A DNA stretch of 63,640 nt, the filler included, from Octopus bimaculoides (lineage: Eukaryota), in the NCBI RefSeq assembly GCF_001194135.2. It is 8 parts of 7 records of this genome, joined end to end, with 100 filler letters (N's around TTAATTAATTAA, not from the genome) between each part and the next. Parts side by side here need not be neighbours in the genome. Positions count along the whole stretch, not along the records: positions 44,155 to 51,682 come from NC_069000.1; positions 51,783 to 55,711 come from NC_068992.1; positions 55,812 to 61,933 come from NC_069000.1; 5 more parts are not named here. One strand, written 5' to 3'. Below, one piece after another: positions 49,196 through 61,866 of this stretch. Position 1 is the stretch's first letter; each line of letters starts with the position of its first letter. The notes beneath the pieces are model-generated. The model searched no databases. It was not told the DNA's origin and saw only the letters and a program-made list of their open reading frames with translations. Both the position numbers and the translations under genes were made by a program.

Positions 49196-52100
49196 AATAA
49201 TAATTCTAATGCCTCAATAGTGTTTCCAAAAGCTGAGTTTTTATCTGTTTGTACCAGAGTTCTAGGTTAAAAAAAAAAAACCTCTCTAGGCTTACTTTTA
49301 ATCGCAATTAAATCTTTTAGAATGAAAATTAATATCCCACCACCTACTCTGTACTCGAATGTGTAGGCACTGAAATTAATAATAATAAAAGCAACAGAAG
49401 TAAATATCATTAAATAAAGGTTCTACAATGTTTAGTAGAGACCCAACATAATGGATCACTTGAAGCAGTGATATTTAGGGATTAAAATAACAGAAGGAGA
49501 CTGTACATGGGTTTCATTGAGTAAAAGGTTCATTAAGCTCTTTAACTAAATTGTTGAATAGATCAGTAAGATTAATTGACCCCAGAGGGGTTTCTTGAGA
49601 TTAAGTAGTCATTACAAACCATGTGAAAGGCAGAACAAAGATAACACTTTAGGTATTGAAGACTCAAAGCTAGTTAGTACAGAAAGGAACAGGAGAGAGA
49701 GAGAGAGAGAGAGGTTACACGTAAGAGTGTGTGAAAATGTGAACACACACAAACACATATATATATCATCATCATCATTTAACGTCCGCTTTCCATGCTA
49801 GCAATGGGTTGGGCGATTTGACTGAGGACTGGTGAAACCGGATGGCAACACCAGGCTCCAATCTAATTTGGCAGAGTTTCTATAGTTGGATGCCCTTCCT
49901 AACGCCAACCACTCAGAGAGTGTAGTGGGTGCTTTTACGTGTCACCCGCACAAAGGCCAGTCAGGCGGTACTGGCAACGGCCACGCTCAAAAATGGTGTC
50001 TTTTATGTGCCACCCACACAAGAGCCAAAACATGGGCATGGTCAAGTGATAGAAGCAAGTAAAAGTAAAAGTATATGTGTATATNNNNNNNNNNNNNNNN
50101 NNNNNNNNNNNNNNNNNNNNNNNNNNNNNNNNNNNNNNNNNNNNNNNNNNNNNNNNNNNNNNNNNNNNNNNNNNNNNNNNNNNNNNNNNNNNNNNNNNNN
50201 NNNNNNNNNNNNNNNNNNNNNNNNNNNNNNNNNNNNNNNNNNNNAGAGAGAGATTATATTAATTTATTTTCTATGCTAGTATGGGTGGGCAGGGGTTTTT
50301 TGTTTTGTTGAAGCAACTGATTTTACAGTGAAGCCCTACCTATCATTGTCTAATCACATGTGAAGCAGGAATGGAACATTTTCCGTCAGGTGAAATAGGT
50401 TTGAACTCATAACCATATACTCTTAGACTTCAGCAGCTTAACCTCATGATTACTGTTTCTTGTAGCAGTTTAATAGAACTGAACTAAAAATTCATGTCCT
50501 TAACATTAAGAGCAATTTAGGGACTTGTGGGTCCCCAAAAAAGTAGTTTTAAGAAACCTACAAATATCTGTGGATGCAGAAATAGCTATGTGTTTAAAAA
50601 AGCTTACATTGTAAATATGTGATATCAGGTTCAATCCCACTGCAAAGTACCGAGACTGTGAGTGATATTGGATCAAGGGAAATCCATTGGATATACCTGA
50701 TGCGTCATCATCTCAAGCTATCTTTTCACTCACAACATTCTGGGAAGCCCTGTCCTTCCTTCCCAAAGCCATGAAATAAAAAAAACAAAATAAGACCAGA
50801 TAGCTGGTTACAGGCATATTCATAAATAGGTGATTGTGTATGAAAATCTAATCTAATCTAAATAAAATGAAAATGTTTCAAAATACTGTTGGGTTGACTA
50901 AAAACTGCCAAGCGAACAATGGCACAGGAGATAATGGCACTGGAGAAAGACTAGTTCAATTGGAAAAGTTTGCTATTCAAGGGAAAGTCTGAGTAGATTC
51001 TTGGTATTAGAAAAATGAATAACTGGTTTCGTTTGGAATCATTTGAAAATATCCCCTTGTAGATGAGAAATATGACAAATACACAAATGATTAAATACAA
51101 TACTTTCTTGCCTAAATGTATATGTGTGTATGTGTGTGTTGAATGCCAGTCTTACATAGTAAATTACTAAACATTGCTGAATAAAATCATATCTTTTTAA
51201 CATAATAAATTGATAAATAAAAGAACAGATAGAGATGTAAAAGACAGAGCAATTATTAGACAAATATAAATTACATTCCTTGCATGTGTATGTATGTTTA
51301 TTTTAACCACCATATACATACATACCTATACACACACACTCTGATGGTCTACTGCTATTATTTATAAAGTTAAGTGATGATAGCGGTGGCAGAGAGGACA
51401 ATCTTCAACATCCACGCCTCCCTCTCATCCTCCATGAGAAGAAGAAAAAAAAAAAAAAGAAGAAATTCCAGCAATAGAAGGATATTGTTGAACACTGGTG
51501 AGAAGGGGTGGTGGTGGTGGTTTCTAAGAGAAAACATTTACAATATTATAAGAACAGATCCTGAGTCCGAAAAAAGATGCCTTGCTACAATCTCCAAGAA
51601 AGAAGAAAGAAAAATAATTCTGCATTGAAAACGGTCATTCTTAAAAATTTGGAAACGTGTATTTGAGAGTGTAGTGTGTGTGNNNNNNNNNNNNNNNNNN
51701 NNNNNNNNNNNNNNNNNNNNNNNNNNTTAATTAATTAANNNNNNNNNNNNNNNNNNNNNNNNNNNNNNNNNNNNNNNNNNNNATAGAGAGAGAAAGAGAA
51801 CTTCATGTGTCCCAGCATGGCAGCAGTCTAATGACAGAAACAAAGATATATATGGCTCTGTGCGTGTGTGTGCGTGTGTGTGTGTGTAGTCTTGGACTAT
51901 TTTTTCCTCCTCTCCGGACCTTTTCTCTTTCCTCCTTCTGATATAAGGCAGCGAGCTGGCAGAATCGTTAACGCGCCGGGCAAAATGCTTAGCGGCATTT
52001 CATCCGCCTTCACGTTTCTGAGTTCAAATTCCACCGAGGTTGACGTTGACTTTTATCCCTTCGGTATCGATTAAATGAGCACAAGTTGAGCACTAGGGTG

Positions 52101-53768
52101 ATCTAATCCACTTATCCTCTCCCCAAAATGTCTGGCCTTGTGCCAAAATTTGAAACCAATATAGTATAAAGACATAAACTTGCAGAGTATGGAGGGCCAT
52201 AAGCTATAAGTACTATAAAACGTTAACTTTAACTGTGTCTACTTTATTTATTTTTTTTAATCTTTGAAACATAAAATATATGGTAACAAAAATATCCTTA
52301 CCAATGGCCCTTCATTCAGTATCAGTTTTGTCGTTGATGTAACCTCGCAGATTTTTCAGCAACTAGCTATAATGTTAGTAATTGCCAAGGAAGATCGCCC
52401 CACCTTTTCTTTCTTTCCTTACACCATGAAAACGTTTGCGAGTTGTTGATAATAATGTTACTCAGCTAATAAGATTGCAAGCGAGAAAAGCAATATACAA
52501 TTTTACTTTCTCCCAGAGAAGTGGATATGTCTTCAATATTATAACTAATTCTGCACAAATTATGTTTGCTTATATTGAGTGGTTCTATAACCCTGTGATT
52601 TAATTAGGCTTTTTTTCCCCTGTAATATAATGTCAACATTAAGGGCGGCGAGCTGGCAGAATCGTTAGCACGCCGGGCGAAATGCATAACGGTATTTCGT
52701 CTGTCTTTACGTTCAGAGTTCAAATTCCGTCGAGGTCGACTTTGCCTTTCATCCTTTCGGAGTCGATTAAATAAGTACCAGTAATGCACTGGAGTCGATG
52801 TAATCGACTTAATACCTTTGTCTGTCCTTGTTTGTCCCCTCTATGTTTAGCCCCCTGTGGGCAATAAAGAGATTGATATAATGTCAACATTAGTTGTATG
52901 TATTTCAGACAATTCCGTTCTTCAGTTTGGAATGCTCGTTTCTGGCAAGCCACTAACGCGAACTTTGATATCGCTAAGCAATCTCTGTAATTGCTTGACA
53001 TACAGAGATTTATAGTGTGAAGTTCAGAGCCAATGATAGTCAAGAATGGAAACTGCACCAACCCGCGACTTTCTACATTAAAATATTAATACTGAAGATC
53101 TGGTAAGGTTGAGGTTCAAACGATGACATCTATGCAAGATACAAGTATGCCTTGATCTTCCGCAAGCGTTTGTTAACAACACTTGTCGAATATATCTAGG
53201 CAAAATATATCATACCTGACAGTAATCAACTAATCATCAGATTATATATTATTCAGAAATGATACAATGTTGATATAAAGCGCAATAAGGTGGCGAAAAC
53301 AATTATCTTTTGACGCGATATTACTTCCCTTGAAATAAGTTTCAATTATCTTTTTTAATAATTATTTAACCTTTGGTTTCTGTAGTAAATCTTCGAGCAA
53401 AAGGTATGTTCTTGCTGCTGACTATCAGCTAAAAACGTCTGGCTTCAACAACTGTCTGGATAACCCGTGGTATCTAGGAAACCAGCATGTAATATTGTTT
53501 GGGCTTGATGGAAGCTCGGGCGGACTCCTTAACAGCTTACTGCTCTGCCTGATTTTTGGAACGCAGGTTGACCATATTCTTCTTAAATATAGCATCATAC
53601 CTTCTCTTTTGGGTTACAATCATGGTGGACAATCATGTCAAAGAAGTATGTTGATGCGATGTTGATCAAAATAGACAGGGATTGTTTTTGCTTGTGTCTG
53701 CAGGAACTAAATTTTACTGGGATAGAATTTCTACATCCCCAAATGGGTTCGAGGTTGAAGCATTTGTG

Positions 53769-53809
<41 letters not shown>

Positions 53810-55397
53810 ACAAATATATGTGTGTGTGTGTGCGTGTGCATAGCTCTGATGAAGCTATAAGGTGATTCACAAGCATTAGCTTTGTGTGAACCACTGCTCT
53901 TATAACAGAAACAGTTGTAAGCCAATGATGTTGATTACAAAATACTTGTTCCCTTGTCATTTTCATTAATTCCTTTTATGCGCTGTACTTGCTTAACTAG
54001 TTATTGGTATTTTTATGCAATATATATATATAAATAGACGCAGGCGTGACTGTGAAGTTTGCTTCTCAAAAGAATGTTCCGGGTTCAGTTCCACTGCGTG
54101 GCACCTTTGACAAGTGTCTTCTACTATAGCCATTGGATTTAGTAGGCGGAAACTGAAAGAAGCCCATCGTATATATGTGTGTGTGTACATGTGTGTATGT
54201 AAGTATGCATACGTGTAAATGTATATATATATATATATATNNNNNNNNNNNNNNNNNNNNNNNNNNNNNNNNNNNNNNNNNNNNNNNNNNNNNNNNNNNN
54301 NNNNNNNNNNNNNNNNNNNNNNNNNNNNNNNNNNNNNNNNNNNNNNNNNNNNNNNNNNNNNNNNNNNNNNNNNNNNNNNNNNNNNNNNNNNNNNNNNNNN
54401 NNNNNNNNNNNNNNNNNNNNNNNNNNNNNNNNNNNNNNNNNNNNNNNNNNNNNNNNNNNNNNNNNNNNNNNNNNNNNNNNNNNNNNNNNNNNNNNNNNNN
54501 NNNNNNNNNNNNNNNNNNNNNNNNNNNNNNNNNNNNNNNNNNNNNNNNNNNNNNNNNNNNNNNNNNNNNNNNNNNNNNNNNNNNNNNNNNNNNNNNNNNN
54601 NNNNNNNNNNNNNNNNNNNNNNNNNNNNNNNNNNNNNNNNNNNNNNNNNNNNNNNNNNNNNNNNNNNNNNNNNNNNNNNNNNNNNNNNNNNNNNNNNNNN
54701 NNNNNNNNNNNNNAATAGAAGTACAAGACTTCCAAAAGAATAAATCCTGGGGTCGATTTCTTCGATTAAAAAACCCTTTAAGGCGATATTCCAGCATTGA
54801 CTGAAACAAATAAAAGAATAAAAGAATATATATATATTTCATTTAGGCATAACGATCCTAATAACCTGTTGTTAGAGCTCAATATTCTTGTACTTTCGAG
54901 TAAGGTGTCAGGAAATTACGATGCATAATATTAATGAATGAATGACAAAACAAATGGAGTTACATAAACTCCTTCATTAGCTTACAGTTATTTTCGTTAC
55001 AAGGCATCGCACGAACACTGAACTCTGAAGGCCATGATTATTATAGCAGAAACAGTTCTGAGTGAAAGGAAATGATTACACAACGTTTGTCTTTTTGTCA
55101 TTTATGAATTGATAAATACGTGTGTGAATCGTGTTGATTATGTTGGTATGCATGACTATATGCAAATATGTATGTACATATCCGCTTATGTGTGTGTTTG
55201 TATGTGCGGATGTGTTTATTTGCATTTCTTCATAAAAGTAGATCAAGTATTTAGAAGCATCCCCCTCCTTTATACCGTCTAATTCTATCATCCTTAGTAA
55301 GCTAATGGCAGATATTAATTAAATCTTGCTTTTCTTCTCCAGATAACATTTTCTTTAAATTATTATGATTATTATTATTATTATTATTATTATTATT

Positions 55398-55711
55398 GTT
55401 CAGTAGTTTTATTTTTATAACGTGCTTTCACTTCACTACAGAGCGCAGCTCTGTGCGCCTTGGGTATGTGCTGTGATTTGCTGTGGTGCTCTTATGCTTA
55501 CTGTATTGAAAGTGTTTTGCGTAGAATGTGTGCAGTACCCAGTAGTGTAATTTTCTGTATGTTATATATATTTGTAAGTCCTGGTGTTTTTGTTATGTAT
55601 TTGTCTGAATATTTTTTTATTATACCTAAGGCACCTACTATGATAGGAATTGTTTCTGTTTTTAGATTCCACATTCGAGTTACCTCTATTTCCAGGTCTT
55701 TGTATTTTGAA
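55398..55711 (-). mobile_element. R4/Dong-like LINE 3' end with (TAA)n tail
   Basis: Near-identical to 36718-36927; ends at an assembly gap. Confidence 0.85.
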
Positions 55712-55965
55712 NNNNNNNNNNNNNNNNNNNNNNNNNNNNNNNNNNNNNNNNNNNNTTAATTAATTAANNNNNNNNNNNNNNNNNNNNNNNNNNNNNNNNN
55801 NNNNNNNNNNNGGGTCTTGTACAAGTCCGTTAATCAACTAACTTCATTATATCACGAATGATATAATTCGAAACGAAAAACTATCGCTGATTTCCTCGCC
55901 TCATATATTTTATCTGGATCAAATATGATGTCCCCTGCTTTTATTACTTCTCGTCTTTCTATCAG

Positions 55966-56030
55966 ACTGTTGATAATGATGATGATAATGATAGTGACAA
56001 TAATGATGTCACCTAGCAGCACTTCAGACG
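55966..56030 (+). CDS. Signal-peptide exon of an Ig-domain protein: [21 protein letters not shown](A)
   Basis: Acceptor tcgtctttctatcag, perfect donor gtaagt; hydrophobic core followed by small polar residues; ends in phase 1, matching the Ig exon. Confidence 0.7.
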
Positions 56031-58131
56031 GTAAGTAAAAGTCAATAACTTTATTTTCTCAACTCACACCTTTCTTTCTCTTCCCTCTCACTATATATCT
56101 GTCTACTTATCTGTCAGTTAGTTTGACTCTCCCCCTCTCTTTCTCTCTTATTTTCCTTCTCTCTTATTTTCCTTATCTCTCTCTCTCTCTCTCTCTCTCA
56201 TACGGACGCCGTCGTGAAAATCAGTCGCGTGTCTTTGGGACTTAAATTGTTTGTGGAGTCGATTCCTTCTTCAGATGTGTCTCGGCTGATTTTTTTTTCC
56301 AGAAAGAAAGAAAGAAGAAATGGATGAATCCCGTGCGTGGGTCGTATATTATTTATTTGTCCCGTAAGACAAAATTGATCTGAACAGGACCCGAGCAAAC
56401 CGGACTACAAACATCGCATCAAACCTCTCAACTAGACAACATTACATTATGTTGTTGTTTTTGTTGTTGTTTGTTCCTTCTCGAGCCATGCCTGGCTAAT
56501 AAGGGCGTTTCCCAGTTTCATTGGTATATAGGTTCCCCCACCTGGACAGGACGCTGGTCCATCGCAGGTGAGCTGCTAGATACAGGAGGAAAGAGCGAGA
56601 GAAAGTTGTGGCGAAAGAGTCAGCAGAAGTTCGCCATTACTTTCTGCCGGAGCCGCGTGCAGCTTTAGGAGTTTCGTTCATAAACACGCGCATCGCCCGG
56701 TCTGAGATTCGAACCCGCGATCCCTCGACTGCGAGTCCGCTGCTCTAACCATTAGGCAATGTGCGTCCACCATTACATTATACTATGTGACTATTTGACC
56801 TGCTAAATGTAGAATTCATTTCCATCTCAAATCACACCCCGCCGTCTTAGAAGAAACTGATACTTTGTATGATGTAATCTAGATTAAACTGTATTTAAAA
56901 AGACTGGATATTTAGGTATAAATACGAGTGTGGAACTTGTCATGGTAGTTTTGAGACCCAAACAAACCTGAAACTTATCTCATCAAGTCCTACACAGCAA
57001 AAGACAGAAATTTAAGACAACAACAATACATCATACCACTCCACCACGACCATCACCACGACCATACAATCACAGCATTATCCTATCATATAACNNNNNN
57101 NNNNNNNNNNNNNNNNNNNNNNNNNNNNNNNNNNNNNNNNNNNNNNNNNNNNNNNNNNNNNNNNNNNNNNNNNNNNNNNNNNNNNNNNNNNNNNNNNNNN
57201 NNNNNNNNNNNNNNNNNNNNNNNNNNNNNNNNNNNNNNNNNNNNNNNNNNNNNNNNNNNNNNNNNNNNNNNNNNNNNNNNNNNNNNNNNNNNNNNNNNNN
57301 NNNNNNNNNNNNNNNNNNNNNNNNNNNNNNNNNNNNNNNNNNNNNNNNNNNNNNNNNNNNNNNNNNNNNNNNNNNNNNNNNNNNNNNNNNNNNNNNNNNN
57401 NNNNNNNNNNNNNNNNNNNNNNNNNNNNNNNNNNNNNNNNNNNNNNNNNNNNNNNNNNNNNNNNNNNNNNNNNNNNNNNNNNNNNNNNNNNNNNNNNNNN
57501 NNNNNNNNNNNNNNNNNNNNNNNNNNNNNNNNNNNNNNNNNNNNNNNNNNNNNNNNNNNNNNNNNNNNNNNNNNNNNNNNNNNNNNNNNNNNNNNNNNNN
57601 NNNNNNNNNNNNNNNNNNNNNNNNNNNNNNNNNNNNNNNNNNNNNNNNNNNNNNNNNNNNNNNNNNNNNNNNNNNNNNNNNNNNNNNNNNNNNNNNNNNN
57701 NNNNNNNNNNNNNNNNNNNNNNNNNNNNNNNNNNNNNNNNNNNNNNNNNNNNNNNNNNNNNNNNNNNNNNNNNNNNNNNNNNNNNNNNNNNNNNNNNNNN
57801 NNNNNNNNNNNNNNNNNNNNNNNNNNNNNNNNNNNNNNNNNNNNNNNNNNNNNNNNNNNNNNNNNNNNNNNNNNNNNNNNNNNNNNNNNNNNNNNNNNNN
57901 NNNNNNNNNNNNNNNNNNNNNNNNNNNNNNNNNNNNNNNNNNNNNNNNNNNNNNNNNNNNNNNNNNNNNNNNNNNNNNNNNNNNNNNNNNNNNNNNNNNN
58001 NNNNNNNNNNNNNNNNNNNNNNNNNNNNNNNNNNNNNNNCTCCTCCTCCTCCTCCTCGTCTTCCTTCTTTAAGATGCTTTTTATTCAATGTACACTTGAT
58101 TAATGTTTACCTTCTCATTCTTCGCGTATAG

Positions 58132-58452
58132 CTATTGAACTGACAGAATTGTCACCTGCTGACGGTCTCACTTTTGAAAAAGATGAAGAGATAAGGATTA
58201 CATGTGATTATGATTTGGGATATAGAGATCCGATTACCCTCAAACAAAATGGCATTGATGTTGTGACGATGACGTACTCCCGTTCGTCCTATAAGTTTCT
58301 CCAGAAGAGCAGCATAAAAGGTTTCACATGTCAAGCTCCTTTGCACACGTCTGAGATTTGGTGCACTAAAAAGAACACCACTTGCAGTGATGCAACATCA
58401 TATAGCTGTTCTTTACTAGGCATAGCTGTTTCCGGTCAAAAGATTCTAACAG
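58132..58452 (+). CDS. Immunoglobulin-like domain exon (321 nt, phase 1-1) of an uncharacterised secreted or membrane protein
   Basis: Acceptor cttctcattcttcgcgtatag (in-frame alternative at 58147), donor gtcagt. Translation IELTELSPADGLTFEKDEEIRITCDYDLGYRDPITLKQNGIDVVTMTYSRSSYKFLQKSSIKGFTCQAPLHTSEIWCTKKNTTCSDATSYSCSLLGIAVSGQKILT has a B-strand IRITC and an F-strand DxxxYxC; a symmetric phase-1 exon of about 100 codons is typical of Ig domains. Confidence 0.8.
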
Positions 58453-58559
58453 GTCAGTTCACCATCTTCGTTACTATTTCCGCTCTTCACCATTATTACT
58501 TTTACAACGTAAACTCTCATAATATTTATAGGCGCTGGGCCTAAATTAGAAGAAATCAC

Positions 58560-58610
<51 letters not shown>

Positions 58611-58639
58611 CATCATTATTATTATTATTATTATTATTA

Positions 58640-61230
58640 TTTTACTGCCTTTGCACAGCTTCTAACGCTGGAGATGTACTACGGTGTCAGCTGTTCACTC
58701 CCAGTGAACTAAGGTAACACCTCTTATTTTTCGAGCACCTTCCGGAGATTTCGAGCGGTTCCAAGCAGTGCTGTTTTCTGCAAGTGCTCCACCCTTATTG
58801 CAGCCCCTATTTGTTCCACGTACTTCTCGAGATTTTTACTCGCTGTTCCCAGGGCTCCGACAATTATTGGTATCACTACAGCCTTTTTCATCGACCACAA
58901 CTGCTTTACTTCCCAAGCTAACCTGTTGTATCTGTCGACTTTTCTTTCTTCCTTATCGCATACATTGTTGTCAGATGGACATGCTATATCTATGATCCAG
59001 CATAGATTGGTTTCTTTCTCAATTGAGACTATGTCTGGCTTCCTATTTTCTATCTCATGGTCGCACTGAATCATGAAATCCCACAGGATCTTTGCATTAT
59101 CATTTTCGATGATGTCTTCGGGTTTGTGGTCGTACCAATTTTTGGCTCTGTCAAGTCCATACTTGTTGCAAAGCATCCAATGGACAAGCCTGGCTGTATT
59201 GTCGTGGCGTCTCATATATTCCTTCTAGGCTAGTGGCGTACATTGGCTGGTAATACGCCATACGGCGTACACCGTTTTGTCCACAGATTCTGCACTTGTC
59301 ACTTTCTGATGTGTTGTCTATTCTTTTTTTCCATCTTTTTTTCTGTCTGTCTTATCTTCAACATCCCTATGAAATTGTCCATGCATTCTTTTCTTTACCC
59401 ACCTATTTTCAGTTTCCAAATGCTTGTACAGTGCTTTGTCTTTGCAATCTTTCATCCTACACAACCCTGACCTTCTTACTTCTAATAATAGCGGTTCTGT
59501 GGCATTTTTTACGAACCATGCTATGTTGTTTTCTTCTGCTCTAATGCTGTATTCGCATCCAATAAGTCCTCTTCTCTCTCTCTTTCTTGGTACATAGTCT
59601 GTCTGTGTCACCTTTTGGGTGGAGTGACCCATATCGAGTTAGTAACTTCCTTGTCTTTCTGTCTAAGCTGTTCAGTTCGTCTACTGTCCATGCGATTACC
59701 GCTGCTACATATGTAAGGAGTGAAACCGCCCGTGTGTTGATAGCTTCAATCTTGTTTCGTCCGTTTAATTTCGACTTAAAGATCAGTCTCAGTTTGCGTA
59801 AGTACTCCACCTTAATTTTTTCTGTCATTTCTTTCTCCATCAATTTATCCATATAGCCCGTCTTTATCTGCTTCATAACCTCCCCCGATGGTATCGTTAG
59901 TCCGTCCATCCATTGATTTTGCCTCTCTTCAATACTTACACACCACACTTTCTCAGTCCGAACTCCATTCTGATATCAGCACTGTAGGTATACACCGTAT
60001 CAACGAGGGAACTCACTTGGGCTTCATCTTTACGATAAAGTTTGAGATCATCCATGAATAACAAATGGTTGACATTTTGTTGATGGCTTTTGAATACATA
60101 CCGAGCTTTTGCTTTCCTCAGAATCAGTGTTAGTGGTATCAAGCACAGTCCAAAGATCAGTAGGGACAGGCAGTCCCCTTCGAAGATGCCCCTCCTGATT
60201 TCTACTGTCCCTAAACGCCTTCTGTATGCTGTCAACTCTGTCTTCCAATTCGCCATATTTTTTCCAATCAATCGCTCAACATTCGATGCAATACCAAATA
60301 GGTTCTAACATTCCATAATAAGAATGTGGGATCATATCATACGCCTTACGAAAGTCGATCCATATCATGGATAAGTTAGTTTTCCTCCTCTTACAGTCTC
60401 TAAGTACAGTTTTAACTATCAGGAGTTGATCCTTGGTACCTCTGCACTTACGCTTGCAACCCTTCTGCTCATGTGCCAGGACTGCATTTTTTCCAGATGT
60501 TCGTACATTGACTCTGCGAGTATTCCAGTCAATAATTTCCACATAAATGGCAGATAAGATATCGGCCTGTAATTGTCTACCGTATTGCCTTTTTCGATGT
60601 TTTTTCAAGCACAGCACTGTCCTACCCATTGTCAACCACTCTGGTATTACTTTCTCGGCATTTAACAATCTGTTGAGTTGCGTTGCTATTCGCGTATGAC
60701 ATTCACTAAATCTTTTGATCAAGTAGCCTTGAACTCCATCTGGTGCCGGGGCCTTACTGTTACTCATTTTTCTTTTTTGCTGATTTCTTTCACTTCCCAA
60801 ACTGAAATGACTTGTTCTGCCTGTTTTGGACAGACTACTGTTTGTTTCAGTTCTTCGAACCATTCAGCATCTTGTTTGTGCTCCTTGTCTTTTCTCCAGA
60901 TGTCACTCCCAAACCTTTGGCTTTCATTGTTATCTGGTATCAACTTTTCATCTGTACACTCTCCATTTATTTCTTTATAGAATCTCTTCTGATCTACTCT
61001 GAATAGCCGATTCTGGTGGTAACCCTTCATTCTTTGGTCGTATCTCGCCATCTTTGCTTTCTTTGCAACGAGGCGCTGCTTTCTCGTTTTCAGTGACCTT
61101 TTCTGGCGTGTGCTTATACCATCTTTTTCCTGTTGTTATTCCATAGTGTTGGCATAGCTTCCAGTGTATGTAGGTCCCAGCTCTGTCGTGTCTGTGAATA
61201 TATTCCTTCTTAGCCAGGACTGGGCAGCCA
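58640..61230 (-). mobile_element. R4/Dong-clade non-LTR retrotransposon (RT plus restriction-like endonuclease), frameshifted, about 2.6 kb
   Basis: RT motifs WIDFRKAYDMIPHS, RGIFEGDCLSLLIF, NHLLFMDDLKLY; REL endonuclease RHD..ARLVHW..ILWDFMIQCDHEIENRKPDIV..IIDIACP..KEERKVDRY..VIPIIVGALG; (TAA)n tail at 58560-58640. Confidence 0.93.
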
Positions 61231-61694
61231 GAGATAATATGATTTATTGTTTCTTTATATAAAATTAAGTGTTATATAAAGGAGTATTCATAACAATTTT
61301 AGTTTTTAAATTTCAAATTCAGCCATAATATCTTAAGTATTTTTTCTTGTCTTCTACTTTTCTGAGCTTTTCTTGTTCTATACTTTACCTGAGTCTTTTC
61401 AATGAGCGCATTCTTTTAAACAATTAATCTATACTTTTCTTTTAAAACAACTGTGATTCAAAGTCCAATTTTTCGCCTTACTCTCCCATTTTTGACCTCA
61501 CATATTCTGACGTAACTTTGTTTTTATTGACTCAAGTTTCAGTTATCTGATCTTAAGGCTTAGCGGAATGGTGGATCAGGTGGTGCCTTCTCTATTTTCA
61601 TATCGTAAATTACCCTTTCTACAATATTACTGTAGAAATTGAATGGAAACCCACCCTGTTGGATACTCTCGAATCGAATTGAGTCTCTCTGTCT

Positions 61695-61695
61695 G

Positions 61696-61755
<60 letters not shown>

Positions 61756-61756
61756 A

Positions 61757-61787
<31 letters not shown>

Positions 61788-61807
61788 ACTATCTATCTAT
61801 CTATCTC

Positions 61808-61855
<48 letters not shown>

Positions 61856-61866
61856 ACTATCTATCT
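61695..61866. repeat. (TATC)n tetranucleotide microsatellite
   Basis: Seen directly. Confidence 0.95.
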
